From: Candidatus Lokiarchaeum ossiferum
GTDB taxonomy: Archaea; Asgardarchaeota; Lokiarchaeia; Sigyniarchaeales; Promethearchaeaceae
Direction of reading: 5' to 3'
Assembly (NCBI GenBank): GCA_025839675.1
Contig: CP104013.1
Coordinates: 3,233,121-3,297,120, forward strand
Length of the DNA: 64,000 nucleotides
Under the pieces are notes generated by a model. It had not been told where the DNA came from and ran no database searches. It saw nothing but the letters and a program-made list of their open reading frames with translations. Positions 31,323 through 40,841 of the stretch are shown in pieces. Positions within the stretch are counted from its first letter, which is position 1; each line of letters opens with the position of its first letter. Position numbers and translations under genes: made by a program.

Positions 31323-31541
31323 TTAAAAAGTATTATTATTGACTATCATAAAAAAAATGAAAATGACAATTATTATCACACAAATGCTAGTGTATGTCGA
31401 CTTAATTCCAGGCGAGGATGAATCGTCACTATCTTCATCTGGGCCATGTTCCCAAAAATCAAAAAGATCACCGTCATCATGATCAACGTCATTATCAAAA
31501 CTATCTGGGATACCATCCCCATCTCTGTCCCAACTTGTCAT
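31323..31541 (-). CDS. Small acidic Ca-binding-motif protein with a C-terminal TM anchor, possibly a remnant of a surface-protein gene
   Basis: DRDGDGIPDSFDNDVDHDDGD (DxDxDG-type) followed by ICVIIIVIFIFFMIV. Confidence 0.25.
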   Translation of the reverse strand: MTSWDRDGDGIPDSFDNDVDHDDGDLFDFWEHGPDEDSDDSSSPGIKSTYTSICVIIIVIFIFFMIVNNNTF

Positions 31542-31693
31542 TACTTCTTTCCCTTGTGGTATTTTGATTTAATTAAAATATAAATTAGTATTACATTTCA
31601 GTATATACTAGGTGGACTAAATGGCCATCGATCAAATCGCTTATTGTGATTTAGATACTTAATATTCCAATTCCTTTTTTTTAGTCATTATGT

Positions 31694-31792
31694 TTATTCC
31701 AAGGAAAAGACCAATGTGGTAGGATGATGAGCCAAAGGTTCCAGTATGGAACAATGCTCAAGGTAGAAGGGGAAATAGGAGGGATTGGGCAT
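31694..31792 (-). pseudogene. 5' stub of the PIN-like cassette gene (MPNPSYFPFYLEHCSILEPLAHHPTT...*)
   Basis: The first 25 residues align with MPPFAEFPFCLENCHVLEPLPHHPKV of 36374..37102. The frame stops after 32 codons. Confidence 0.4.
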
Positions 31793-31870
31793 GAATCACC
31801 ACTTTATTTTAAAGGATTATAAAAAGATCACCATTGTGACAGTTATTCTTCCATTTTGAGATCCTTAAAT
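31787..31870. promoter_or_regulatory. Conserved divergent promoter/leader module, copy A (partial)
   Basis: gggcatgaatca...attataaaaagatcaccattgtgacag, the same block as at 37098, 41036 and 45001. Confidence 0.5.
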
Positions 31871-32103
31871 GAGCAACAGTTATTCTTCCATTTTGAGCAT
31901 CATTATATTGAGAGTCAGTTGACTCGTACCATCCCACCTTCGGCTATTTTATCGATCACTTCGCAAGGGATTGAGTTTTTGCAAATTCATGAAATTAATT
32001 TTGATCGAATTAGGGACTTTTTTATCCTAATTGATAAAGAAAAATCTGACTGTCGATTATTAATTCACAACTTTTATTTTCTTCTTCAACAGAGTTAATT
32101 TTC

Positions 32104-32856
32104 ATGGGAAAAAATGCACTCTTTGATGCTCTTCACACCTACTGGAAAACAGAAAGTAAAAAATATAACGGAAATGTACAAAGTAGGCAAAGTTTTGAAG
32201 ATTATCAAAAAGAAACTTTTTCTCGAATTTTAGGAGTTAACATGTTGCAAGAAAACATTTTTACGTCCGATGGAGTAAATCTTGCATGGGAAAAACGGAG
32301 TTCTAAAGAGTTGATGGAATATCAGTATCGATATCAGCCCATCCAAATTAAGAAAGGGCCAAATGTTAAAATATGGCAAGACCAACTGACTTTTTCTGGA
32401 GAAAGAGGAACTCATACCCATCCTTTACTGGGTTTAAATAAAATCCCCGAGATAATTCAGAATGGTGCATTTGATCGTATTCCAGATCATTATATGAAGA
32501 AAATTCAAAACTTTCTAACACCCAAATTATTAGCTGCTGAAAAACAAAAACTAATCAAGTTAATAAGTGAATTATTTGGAGAACTCATGCCGGGCGATGA
32601 AATTCCGCTCGTTCAAGCTGAAAAAATCATAAGACAAGAATTTTCATTCAATACTCTGACATCCAAGGATATTCTTGGATTTTTAAAAGAAATCGGAACA
32701 AAACTCAATGGATTTCAGTATATACGATTGAAAGAATCTATTCGGTATAGCAAAGAAATCCTTCCATTATCAGCCAATCTTGCTCAATTGGATAATTTGT
32801 TCATTGAATGGGATCAAGCAATACAAACTAACAATCACAATAAGAAGAAGAAATAG
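32104..32856 (+). CDS. Hypothetical protein (paralog family with 28507..29127)
   Basis: See the paralog alignment above. Sits directly upstream of the stand-alone peptidase-domain gene. Confidence 0.4.
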   Translation: MGKNALFDALHTYWKTESKKYNGNVQSRQSFEDYQKETFSRILGVNMLQENIFTSDGVNLAWEKRSSKELMEYQYRYQPIQIKKGPNVKIWQDQLTFSGERGTHTHPLLGLNKIPEIIQNGAFDRIPDHYMKKIQNFLTPKLLAAEKQKLIKLISELFGELMPGDEIPLVQAEKIIRQEFSFNTLTSKDILGFLKEIGTKLNGFQYIRLKESIRYSKEILPLSANLAQLDNLFIEWDQAIQTNNHNKKKK

Positions 32857-32861
32857 TTGAA

Positions 32862-33530
32862 TTGGAAACATTCACCCCAAGTTGGGAAAATTATTACTAT
32901 CGATTTTTCGATGGCTTAGGATATGATGTTGTTCATGTATATACAGGATATACTCGAAATCAGTTTTATAATGAACTTTATCAATGGACACCTCTCATTC
33001 AATGGGATGATGAATTGTTTATTATGATCCAAGGGCACGGGCTTGTGATGGATGATGAAGAAGAGACACCTTTACCGTATTTTACTCTCTATGATGGAGA
33101 TACTTTATATAATGGAGATAATGGTGAAATTTCAGGACAAGACTTCATAAATCGATTGATGTTATTTAGTGCTTTGAGGAAATGTGTATTTTTTGATACT
33201 TGCTATGCTGGAAAAGTGTTAGAAAGTTTTAATTCCGAAATTACCAAAGTTTTTCAAACTACTGATGCTACTCATGCAGCTGTGATGACATGCACTTATT
33301 ATGATGAAGCAATCGAAAATGCAAAATGGGAGAAAAGAAATACTCGGTTGGCAATTTTTTTTTTCCAAACTTTGAGTGCAACAACTTTAAGTGAGGATGG
33401 AATCTTCAATTATTTTCAGTTAGAACTAGCTTTAGAATCGTTATTACCATGGAATGATTTTTGTTACCAAGGAGGCACAATTCTGAATCCAGGTTGGAAT
33501 TTTTTGACTAAATATGGAATGTTATCATAA
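32862..33530 (+). CDS. Stand-alone caspase-like (clan CD-type His/Cys dyad) peptidase-domain protein
   Basis: A hydrophobic strand plus QGHG (LFIMIQGHG), then about 57 aa later a hydrophobic strand plus DxCxAG (KCVFFDTCYAG). About 80% identical to the C-terminal 220 aa of 41250..44498. Confidence 0.5.
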   Translation: METFTPSWENYYYRFFDGLGYDVVHVYTGYTRNQFYNELYQWTPLIQWDDELFIMIQGHGLVMDDEEETPLPYFTLYDGDTLYNGDNGEISGQDFINRLMLFSALRKCVFFDTCYAGKVLESFNSEITKVFQTTDATHAAVMTCTYYDEAIENAKWEKRNTRLAIFFFQTLSATTLSEDGIFNYFQLELALESLLPWNDFCYQGGTILNPGWNFLTKYGMLS

Positions 33531-33558
33531 TATTTGGGATATTAAACAATATTTCCCT

Positions 33559-33891
33559 CTATTTTTTTTTTTTAATAGCATTTTTTAATTCCCCAAAGGA
33601 GGTTTCTTTTCGCTTGTTATCATACCAACGTAAACTCCCAGTAAATCTTGACCCATGGTACCAAGTATCTAATAACTTTTTTCCTCCCAGTAAGTGGTCC
33701 CATGATTTTAGTATTTTTAATTCTTTTACGGTTCTTTTAGCAATGCATGAGTTACAGAAATAGATAGGAAGCGAAAAATAAGGGGTGTTTTCCGATGTTT
33801 GTTCGTTTACCGTGATAAATGGGTCCATATCAGTATACCATCTATGGCAAAAGTAGCATAGATTTTTGGAAGGTTCCTCATTTTTGACCAT
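33559..33891 (-). CDS. Small CxxC...CxxC zinc-binding protein. The start is probably the internal Met (MVKNEEPSKN), not the track's 33984.
   Basis: Aligns with paralog 44526..44864 from MMAKNKVPSKNLCYICQQW. The track's N-terminal 31 aa overlap the decayed PIN-like stub. Confidence 0.4.
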   Translation of the reverse strand: MVKNEEPSKNLCYFCHRWYTDMDPFITVNEQTSENTPYFSLPIYFCNSCIAKRTVKELKILKSWDHLLGGKKLLDTWYHGSRFTGSLRWYDNKRKETSFGELKNAIKKKK

Positions 33892-33959
33892 CAATACTAA
33901 TAAGATGGGTTGACAATTGAATTTTTTGGAGAATTTAGGATGCTCAAATAGGCATGAAC

Positions 33960-34187
33960 CTAAAAGATGTTGTTCATGAAACACCCGTAGTGTTGTTCAT
34001 CGAGAGCAAACTTCGCCGACGGGACCGAAAGGGTAAAAAGTTCCTGGAATGTGGATGGGAGGACATTCAATCCATGAAGAAAATCCACGGTGGTCGGATG
34101 GTGATCTAAGGATTCCAGCATGTGACAATTCTCGCTGTCCGTTAAATGTTCTGTGGGGCAGGAGCCACCGTGATCTACCTGTGGCAA
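33960..34187 (-). pseudogene. Decayed N-terminal fragment of the PIN-like cassette gene
   Basis: DSENCHMLESLDHHPTTVDFLHGLNVLPSTFQELFTLSVPSAKFALDEQHYG aligns with LENCHVLEPLPHHPKVVDFLRGLNVPPRILPDLYTLSVPAAKLALYEQHYG. The stretch is GC-rich like the intact gene and is truncated at 75 aa. Confidence 0.45.
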
Positions 34188-34563
34188 GCCGATTTCTTCA
34201 TGTAGTGGTATCCGACGATGCCGATCTTGATCGAAAGAAATCGTTTCCCTATCATCGCATCAAGAGTCCTTCTTCTCTTCAAGCGAGAAATACTATGAAA
34301 GCGGTTTCATTACCCCGATCGACCCTTATTGGTTTTTTTGAATCCGTCCACAATCGATCAATCAAACTTCCGTTTCCCTTATCGGTAAGCTATCTTCCGT
34401 GATTGCAATAATGCCATCATGGGAGCAGTTTTTTTTATTTTATAATTCAATGTATTTTTTATACAGAAAATTCTGGTTAATTGTATTTTTGATTCAGTTA
34501 ATTTAAATATTTAGTGTATAATATAGTCATAAGAAAGGGGTTGAAGGGAATCTCCCCCTTTTT

Positions 34564-35442
34564 TTGAAGGTATACAAAATGAACGAAAACCGATTGAAAA
34601 CTAAAAATACAATAACGCCTTTGCTAGGCTTTGTATTTTTATTTCTCCTGCTTGCAGGACAATTTTCCGAAGGAAATGCCGCCTATCAACCTCCGGTGGA
34701 ACCTCCTGAAGTAAATTTGAATGCGCCGTCTACCGTCATCGCGGGAACCTCCTTTACTGCCTCTATCTATATCCAAAATTATCCCGGAAGCAGTTATGGG
34801 TATGTTCAATGTTATGAAAATGGTGTATGGCAAAATGTCAAACGAGTTACGATCTCCTCGTCCCATGTGAGTGTGAGTCTTCCGACGAGCCCATACTATG
34901 AAAGATCAGTTTTATATCGCGTAAGGTATCGGGCTCCTTCTCGTTGGATTTACAGTAATACGGATAGCGTCAAAATTAATTTTGGTAGAACAATGTATCT
35001 TGAAGGACGAACTTGGGAAAAACAAATTCGTGATCAAAGCGGATTAAATGATTATTATGCGAGTGAATCCCATCACTACACTTGGGCTGCAAATACCAAT
35101 GAAATTTCGGTGAGTACTACTGGGATAAATTATAACAGGTTTATTGGAATGTCCACAACTTTTGTCGCTCAAAGCACGAGTATTCGAATTGACTTCGATT
35201 CCAAAGAATCGACGAACAAATATAGCGGAGTAGGCCAATATTCAATTATTTATGATCTCGATTGGGAAGTTGTTGGTTGGCTCTACTTTAGCGATTCCAC
35301 TTCCTATACTCATCACACTCACTTGTTTACAGAATTAGATGTAGGACAATCCTACTACTATTTTCATGCAAGTCGCGATAATTCCGTTTATCAAGGGTTC
35401 ACAATTACTTCCAAGAATTTTGTGTTGGATTTAACCCCTTAA
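34564..35442 (+). CDS. Secreted beta-rich protein, tandem paralog 1
   Basis: Signal peptide. AAYQPPVEPPEVNLNA...IQNYPGSSYG...RWIYSNTDSV...FVAQSTSI is shared with the next gene. Confidence 0.45.
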   Translation: MKVYKMNENRLKTKNTITPLLGFVFLFLLLAGQFSEGNAAYQPPVEPPEVNLNAPSTVIAGTSFTASIYIQNYPGSSYGYVQCYENGVWQNVKRVTISSSHVSVSLPTSPYYERSVLYRVRYRAPSRWIYSNTDSVKINFGRTMYLEGRTWEKQIRDQSGLNDYYASESHHYTWAANTNEISVSTTGINYNRFIGMSTTFVAQSTSIRIDFDSKESTNKYSGVGQYSIIYDLDWEVVGWLYFSDSTSYTHHTHLFTELDVGQSYYYFHASRDNSVYQGFTITSKNFVLDLTP

Positions 35443-35446
35443 ATAA

Positions 35447-36349
35447 TTGGAGGAACAAACAATGACAAAAACAAATTTAAGCAAATCAAAAACGATGATT
35501 CGTGTCCTAGGAACTTTAGTGGTGTTCATGACTCTATTTGGGGAAATGTCGGGGGTTTTAGCTGCCTACCAACCTCCCGAAGAACCTCCGGAAGTGAATT
35601 TTAATGCTGCATCCTCCGTCGAAGCGGGAAAGACTTTTTCCGCAACCGTAGCAATTCAGAATTATCCTGGAAGTAGTTATGGAAATGTTCAACGATATGA
35701 GAGTGGGACCTGGCGAAATGTAAAAAGTGTGAGTTTTTCATCCTCCTACATGACTATCAGTGGAATCCCAAGTCATACTTTTCAAGGATCCGCTTCCTAT
35801 CGATTAAAATATCGTCATAATGGACGATGGATTTATAGTAATTCTGACAGTGTGAATGCCTATTTCGGAAGAATTATGTATGTGGATGGAATTGCTTGGA
35901 CCAAAGAAGTACGGGATCTTTGGGGTTGTTTTGATTATTATGCGACTGATGCTTCCAAGGTAGATTGGACCGTGTCGGGGAATGAAATACGAGTCGAACA
36001 AGTCTCCTATTCTGGTAGAACTTTTGGAATGTCCACGAATTTTGTTGCCCAAAGTACAAGTGTCAAAATCAGCGTTGATGAGCGAAGTACCTGCTATCCA
36101 GGGTATGCATTGACCCCGGCGGTTCGTGTATATAAATCAAATTGGGGCTATCCCATCGTTAACAATGAACATCCTATTATCGATAAAGAATATTTCACCC
36201 AGTCAAGTAATTACGTCTACTCAGAAAAAATCCTTTCAGGTTTAACAGTAGGTGAAACATACAATATCTATCTTTGTTATCAAGATACTCATGGGTACGT
36301 GGATTTTACCATGTATTTCAAGAACATAGTGATTGACACTACGCCCTAA
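35447..36349 (+). CDS. Secreted beta-rich protein, tandem paralog 2
   Basis: AAYQPPEEPPEVNFNA...IQNYPGSSYG...RWIYSNSDSV...FVAQSTSV. Confidence 0.45.
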   Translation: MEEQTMTKTNLSKSKTMIRVLGTLVVFMTLFGEMSGVLAAYQPPEEPPEVNFNAASSVEAGKTFSATVAIQNYPGSSYGNVQRYESGTWRNVKSVSFSSSYMTISGIPSHTFQGSASYRLKYRHNGRWIYSNSDSVNAYFGRIMYVDGIAWTKEVRDLWGCFDYYATDASKVDWTVSGNEIRVEQVSYSGRTFGMSTNFVAQSTSVKISVDERSTCYPGYALTPAVRVYKSNWGYPIVNNEHPIIDKEYFTQSSNYVYSEKILSGLTVGETYNIYLCYQDTHGYVDFTMYFKNIVIDTTP

Positions 36350-36373
36350 GAGAAATTCTTACTTTCCCTTTTT

Positions 36374-37102
36374 TTAATAATTTTCGACCATGCGTTCCCA
36401 CTTCGTTTTCCTAGGATATTTGGATTGTATTAGAGTCTTTTGGCGCGCTTTTCGTTTCCGACGTGCCTTTCCACTTTCAAAACGACCAAAATCTTCCACA
36501 AACACGGCGATGTCCGTTTCCTTTACCTGATAGGAAGGAGTTTTAAGCGAGGACGGAAGAGCCGATCGATCAAATTTCCGATGATAGACCCGCCCCATCT
36601 CCTCTAAAATATTCGCTGAGAGAATGAAGGTCACACTCGGATTGGATGTAAACATCTGTCGAATCCGCTCCCGTTGTGATCGCTGGTGATCACAAAAATG
36701 CAGCAGGATATTGGAATCGATCAAAACCATTGCATCCGCGGGTAAGTTGGCAATGTCTTCGGGCCAATAGGCTTCATAGTCCAAAAATTCCCGGAGGTTG
36801 ATCAACAGATGATGATCCAAAGACGCCACCCCCCATTGGTTTTCGGCGGCCAGATAGGCCACGATCCAATCATCCACCCCAAAGGCCAAGGGACGATAAG
36901 GATGTTGTTCTTGAATAACCCCGTAATGTTGCTCATAGAGGGCTAACTTTGCGGCAGGCACCGAGAGCGTATAGAGGTCAGGAAGAATTCGTGGAGGTAC
37001 ATTTAAACCTCGGAGAAAATCTACAACCTTCGGATGATGGGGGAGAGGCTCCAACACATGACAATTTTCGAGACAGAAGGGAAACTCGGCAAAGGGGGGC
37101 AT
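36374..37102 (-). CDS. PIN-like nuclease-domain protein with an unknown N-terminal domain and a basic tail. This is the intact copy of the cassette gene.
   Basis: The C-terminal half has the PIN-like acidic quartet: VLIDSNILL (D), ILEEMG (E), ETDIAVF (D), VEDFGRF (D). The tail is RRKRKARQK. The gene looks markedly GC-richer by eye than its surroundings. Confidence 0.35.
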   Translation of the reverse strand: MPPFAEFPFCLENCHVLEPLPHHPKVVDFLRGLNVPPRILPDLYTLSVPAAKLALYEQHYGVIQEQHPYRPLAFGVDDWIVAYLAAENQWGVASLDHHLLINLREFLDYEAYWPEDIANLPADAMVLIDSNILLHFCDHQRSQRERIRQMFTSNPSVTFILSANILEEMGRVYHRKFDRSALPSSLKTPSYQVKETDIAVFVEDFGRFESGKARRKRKARQKTLIQSKYPRKTKWERMVENY

Positions 37103-37270
37103 GAATCATCTTTTGGTTTCTAAGAAACTATAAAAAGATCACGATTGTGACAGAATTGAGATTTGCGAGTGGTTTTTATAGATCAAAAGCAGTAGTATGG
37201 ATGTAACCATTTGAATACAAAAGGATGAAATGACAAAAGTGGCATTCAAACTTTAGTCCACATCTCTTTA
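37098..37270. promoter_or_regulatory. Conserved divergent promoter/leader module, copy B
   Basis: A TATA-like ctataaaaag (37128) abuts the dyad tcacgattgtga. An oppositely oriented ggtttttatag (37171) follows. The conserved leader ends about 85 bp before the ATG at 37356. Confidence 0.5.
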
Positions 37271-37355
37271 AGACCTAAGGATAATTTTCAGAAAATGTAT
37301 TCGAAACTGGAAACATGAAATTACTAATAACGCAAAACCAAAAAGTGAAAAAAAT

Positions 37356-40300
37356 ATGAAACCAAAAAAATTAATCTTCATCTTTTTTGTAGGAATCCTC
37401 ATGGTCCCCATCTTCCCCCAAGCGCAACTTTCCTTCGCAAGTGCAACGGTGGGTCAAAGTAATGGAGTCTGGGAAATAACCTATAATACTGATGATAGTG
37501 CAAATGTTGGTCCACTCTATGATGCCAACGGATATACTGCAATTTCCGAGTTAGATCCTGCAAGTTCAACCAATACATGGTACGATTATTCCCCATTAGA
37601 AGCAGGACATCAAGAATTAGACTTTGAATGCAATATCAAATTTGAAAATGGAGGTCGGAAACACATTTATCTGTATTTGGATAACGATCCCTCCCAATAT
37701 TTCCTACTGCAATATGAAAATGGGGATGTGTTTTCATACACTACAGATAATTGGGTAAAACAAAGCCAAAATATGGATTATAGTTATAATACTTGGCTGT
37801 CGTTTCAGTTAGAACTGATTCAAACCAGCTCCACCACAAAATTATTAACCGTAACTTTAGGAACCGATTCTTTTTCGATCGAACTGGATAGTGACAGTAC
37901 TGTTGACGCACTCAAAATGCGCACAATGACGGCCGGAAGTTCCGTCTTCTTTTCTGACGTCGAAGTGTCTTATTTGGAGGAATCCTGGCAAAGAATTTAT
38001 CCTGCGGAAAGCTCTGCATCTGCAATACCCCTTAATGATGAAACGGACGATGGACAGCTGTATTCAGATATTTATGAATTGGAGATGGACGTGGGACTGA
38101 ATACGTGGTATGAATATACCAAATCGGGAATTGAATACAATTTCTTGCATTTTGATTGCAATTTGAAATTTCTGGATGGAGGAGCTAGAAAATGGTATTT
38201 TTATTTTGATGATGGGGCTTATTTCATTATCAACTTCGAAAATCAATGGATCAGATCATATGTTTCGAATGCTGACGTGCCAAACTGGGTTTCTCAGAGG
38301 TCTTACGGCTATGGGGATTGGAATCATATCGAATTTGATATCGTTCAAAAGAATTCTGTAACGAAAGAATTAAAAATGAGCATAAATGGGCTCCCATTTA
38401 CTTATCCTGTCCTTATGTCTAGTGGATTCAATGTGAAAATTGAATACTTAAGAGTGCGTCTTCAAACTAGCGGAAGTCTTTTGATTTCCGATATGGCAGT
38501 CGATAATGATCAGGATGGATTGGATGAGGTTGAGGAAGCTATGCTAGGGTCTGATCCTCTCCTTAAAGATACTGATGGCGATTTTGCTTATGATGGGGAA
38601 GAAGCCTCTATCTATGGAACGGATCCAACGGTTCCCGATGAGGCAAATGGTTTTACACTGATCTATCCAGAAGGTGGTCCAGGCAGAGTTGATATTTCCA
38701 CAGATTCATCTACCGGTTCAAAGATATATCAGCTAAATTCGGAAGGTTCATCTAATACTTGGTTTCAACATCGATTGAATGGCCTAAGAGCTCAATCTGT
38801 CGGATTTCATTGTAAAATAAAAGTGCATGATTCTCAAGAAAAATACTTGTACTTCTATTTTGACGATGGTGATTATTTCATAGTTCGATTTATTAATCTA
38901 CATCTCTATACCACCTATATTCATAATGGGGTTGGCAACGGGTGGAGGGATCAGTATATTTATTATGGGGACCAGGATTGGTTGGATTTATCAATCACTA
39001 TTACTGGAGGACCCAATATCAAAACATTAGATGGATCTTTAGATGGAAATCCCTTTGATGATTCCGAATTCATGTATTCGAAAGGTGTTTTTGACAAGCT
39101 TAAAACCCGCCAAACTGGAACGGATAATTTGTGGAGTTTCACGGAGTTTATGATTGATTCGGATTTGGATGAGTTATCTGATGTAGAGGAACTTGATTTA
39201 GGCACCGACCCGACGGATGCGGATTCGGATGGGGATGGGTTAACCGATGGAGAAGAAGTCAATAATCATGGCACTAACCCTCTAGTGGCGGATTCGGATG
39301 GTGATAAATTTTCTGATCTCCTCGAAATTCGTGGGAAATTAAATCCTATGGATCCCAGCGATGTATTTACAGATGAATGCACCCTTGGAGGTTATGTTCC
39401 AAGCGAATGGGTGATTCCAAGCTCAGATGTGGGCATCCAAGCAATACCAAATGATTGGGATGATACTAGTTATTTAAGCGACAATTTTATGCTCTCTATC
39501 AGTCCCACATATCGGCACGATTCTCGCAGTATAGAAATTCCATTACAACAACTAGATGTCATGGAAAATTTTGCATTTTCATGTTATGTTGGGCAAAATT
39601 GGTTAGGAGGTGAAGAATCATGGCAAATTTATATTAAAGATACTTCAGGAAAAGGTTTTGCTTTGAACTATAAAGGTGATCAATTCTACATTAGTGATAC
39701 TACACTTCTTTCTTTCAGCTCGGATATTATTCAAGTACCTAATCCAAATAAAATTATGCATGAAATGAGGATAACCTTAAAATTTGTTGGCGATCATACC
39801 GATATTTTCCTATATTTTGCAGATACTTCAATGGGTAACTACTCCATCGAGATGGGAAAAATGTTATCCAAAATCATTGTTACTCGAACAACGACTTTTA
39901 ATACTCCTGAGATACCCTCCTTTGGATTTGATAATTTTAAAATAATCCAATGGAAATGGCCTTATTATAAATTGATGGAAACTTATCCTTCTAATGAAGG
40001 GAGAGATGGGCATTTAACCATTAATAACGTCCAAAAAGGCGTTGGTAAAGGACCTGGGTTCTATGAAATAATGTCCTCTGTCGATTTTGATCGGAATTGG
40101 AATGATGATGGTTTGGAAGGGATGCACTTGGATGGTTCTTTTTGTGATACAGGTTCCTTCAATTTTGTTTCTCATGCAAAATTATTTGATATATTCGGGA
40201 CTGGAATTACCCAACCTCAATCAAGTATAACTAAAATGGAACTTGATTTAAAGATCAATGGTCCTGATGGTCCTATCGATTTATCTACAGCAAATGGAAT

Positions 40301-40841
40301 CAGTAATCTAATAGATCCATACTTAATTAACATGATTGAAAATTTGGACACTATTACAGATTTAAATGAGGTTACTGAAATTCTTGAAGGAGTTGGGACA
40401 CTCTACCAAGTAACAGAACAATTATTAGATATGTATGATACCGTACCTGAATCACTTCAAGATGTTTTGGGACCAATTTCCCTGGTTATGGATCTTGTGG
40501 GTTTTTATTCTGAGGAAAATACACCACATCCCGAGTGGACTTGTGATACATTAGATAATGATCCTTATACCTATCAAGTCAAATATGACTTTGATTTCGT
40601 ATCTGGAGTTTCTTGGGGTAGTACAAATTTTGCTATGGGATTTAATTTAAATTTTTACGAAGTAATTGAACATCTTGAAGAAACAATGGATATTGGTGAC
40701 AGATACACTTTTACGATAACTCAAAGAACATTCTTGACTGGGATTTCCTATAATTGGATCTTTGGAAGATGGGAAGAATCCACAGAAATTATGGTTGAAG
40801 ATACTTTTAAATTTGAACTCACATCCACCGATTCTTTTTAG
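37356..40841 (+). CDS. Giant secreted protein with three roughly 190-aa jelly-roll/LamG-like repeats separated by Ca-binding DxDxDG (TSP3-like) linkers
   Basis: Signal peptide MKPKKLIFIFFVGILMVPIF. Internal repeats carry NTWY.Y...FDCNLKF..GG.K.Y.YFDDG.YF. DTDGDF, DSDGDGLTDGEE and DSDGDKFSD motifs. Confidence 0.55.
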   Translation: MKPKKLIFIFFVGILMVPIFPQAQLSFASATVGQSNGVWEITYNTDDSANVGPLYDANGYTAISELDPASSTNTWYDYSPLEAGHQELDFECNIKFENGGRKHIYLYLDNDPSQYFLLQYENGDVFSYTTDNWVKQSQNMDYSYNTWLSFQLELIQTSSTTKLLTVTLGTDSFSIELDSDSTVDALKMRTMTAGSSVFFSDVEVSYLEESWQRIYPAESSASAIPLNDETDDGQLYSDIYELEMDVGLNTWYEYTKSGIEYNFLHFDCNLKFLDGGARKWYFYFDDGAYFIINFENQWIRSYVSNADVPNWVSQRSYGYGDWNHIEFDIVQKNSVTKELKMSINGLPFTYPVLMSSGFNVKIEYLRVRLQTSGSLLISDMAVDNDQDGLDEVEEAMLGSDPLLKDTDGDFAYDGEEASIYGTDPTVPDEANGFTLIYPEGGPGRVDISTDSSTGSKIYQLNSEGSSNTWFQHRLNGLRAQSVGFHCKIKVHDSQEKYLYFYFDDGDYFIVRFINLHLYTTYIHNGVGNGWRDQYIYYGDQDWLDLSITITGGPNIKTLDGSLDGNPFDDSEFMYSKGVFDKLKTRQTGTDNLWSFTEFMIDSDLDELSDVEELDLGTDPTDADSDGDGLTDGEEVNNHGTNPLVADSDGDKFSDLLEIRGKLNPMDPSDVFTDECTLGGYVPSEWVIPSSDVGIQAIPNDWDDTSYLSDNFMLSISPTYRHDSRSIEIPLQQLDVMENFAFSCYVGQNWLGGEESWQIYIKDTSGKGFALNYKGDQFYISDTTLLSFSSDIIQVPNPNKIMHEMRITLKFVGDHTDIFLYFADTSMGNYSIEMGKMLSKIIVTRTTTFNTPEIPSFGFDNFKIIQWKWPYYKLMETYPSNEGRDGHLTINNVQKGVGKGPGFYEIMSSVDFDRNWNDDGLEGMHLDGSFCDTGSFNFVSHAKLFDIFGTGITQPQSSITKMELDLKINGPDGPIDLSTANGISNLIDPYLINMIENLDTITDLNEVTEILEGVGTLYQVTEQLLDMYDTVPESLQDVLGPISLVMDLVGFYSEENTPHPEWTCDTLDNDPYTYQVKYDFDFVSGVSWGSTNFAMGFNLNFYEVIEHLEETMDIGDRYTFTITQRTFLTGISYNWIFGRWEESTEIMVEDTFKFELTSTDSF

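Noticed and set aside
34049-34402. ORF 34049..34402 (+)
   Set aside because: Lies antisense to the GC-rich decayed PIN-like fragment. Its openness reflects GC-rich composition, not a gene.
37200-37220. uORF atggatgtaaccatttga (MDVTI*) in the conserved leader
   Set aside because: Present in copies B and C but becomes atg-tag in copy D. Not conserved as a coding unit.
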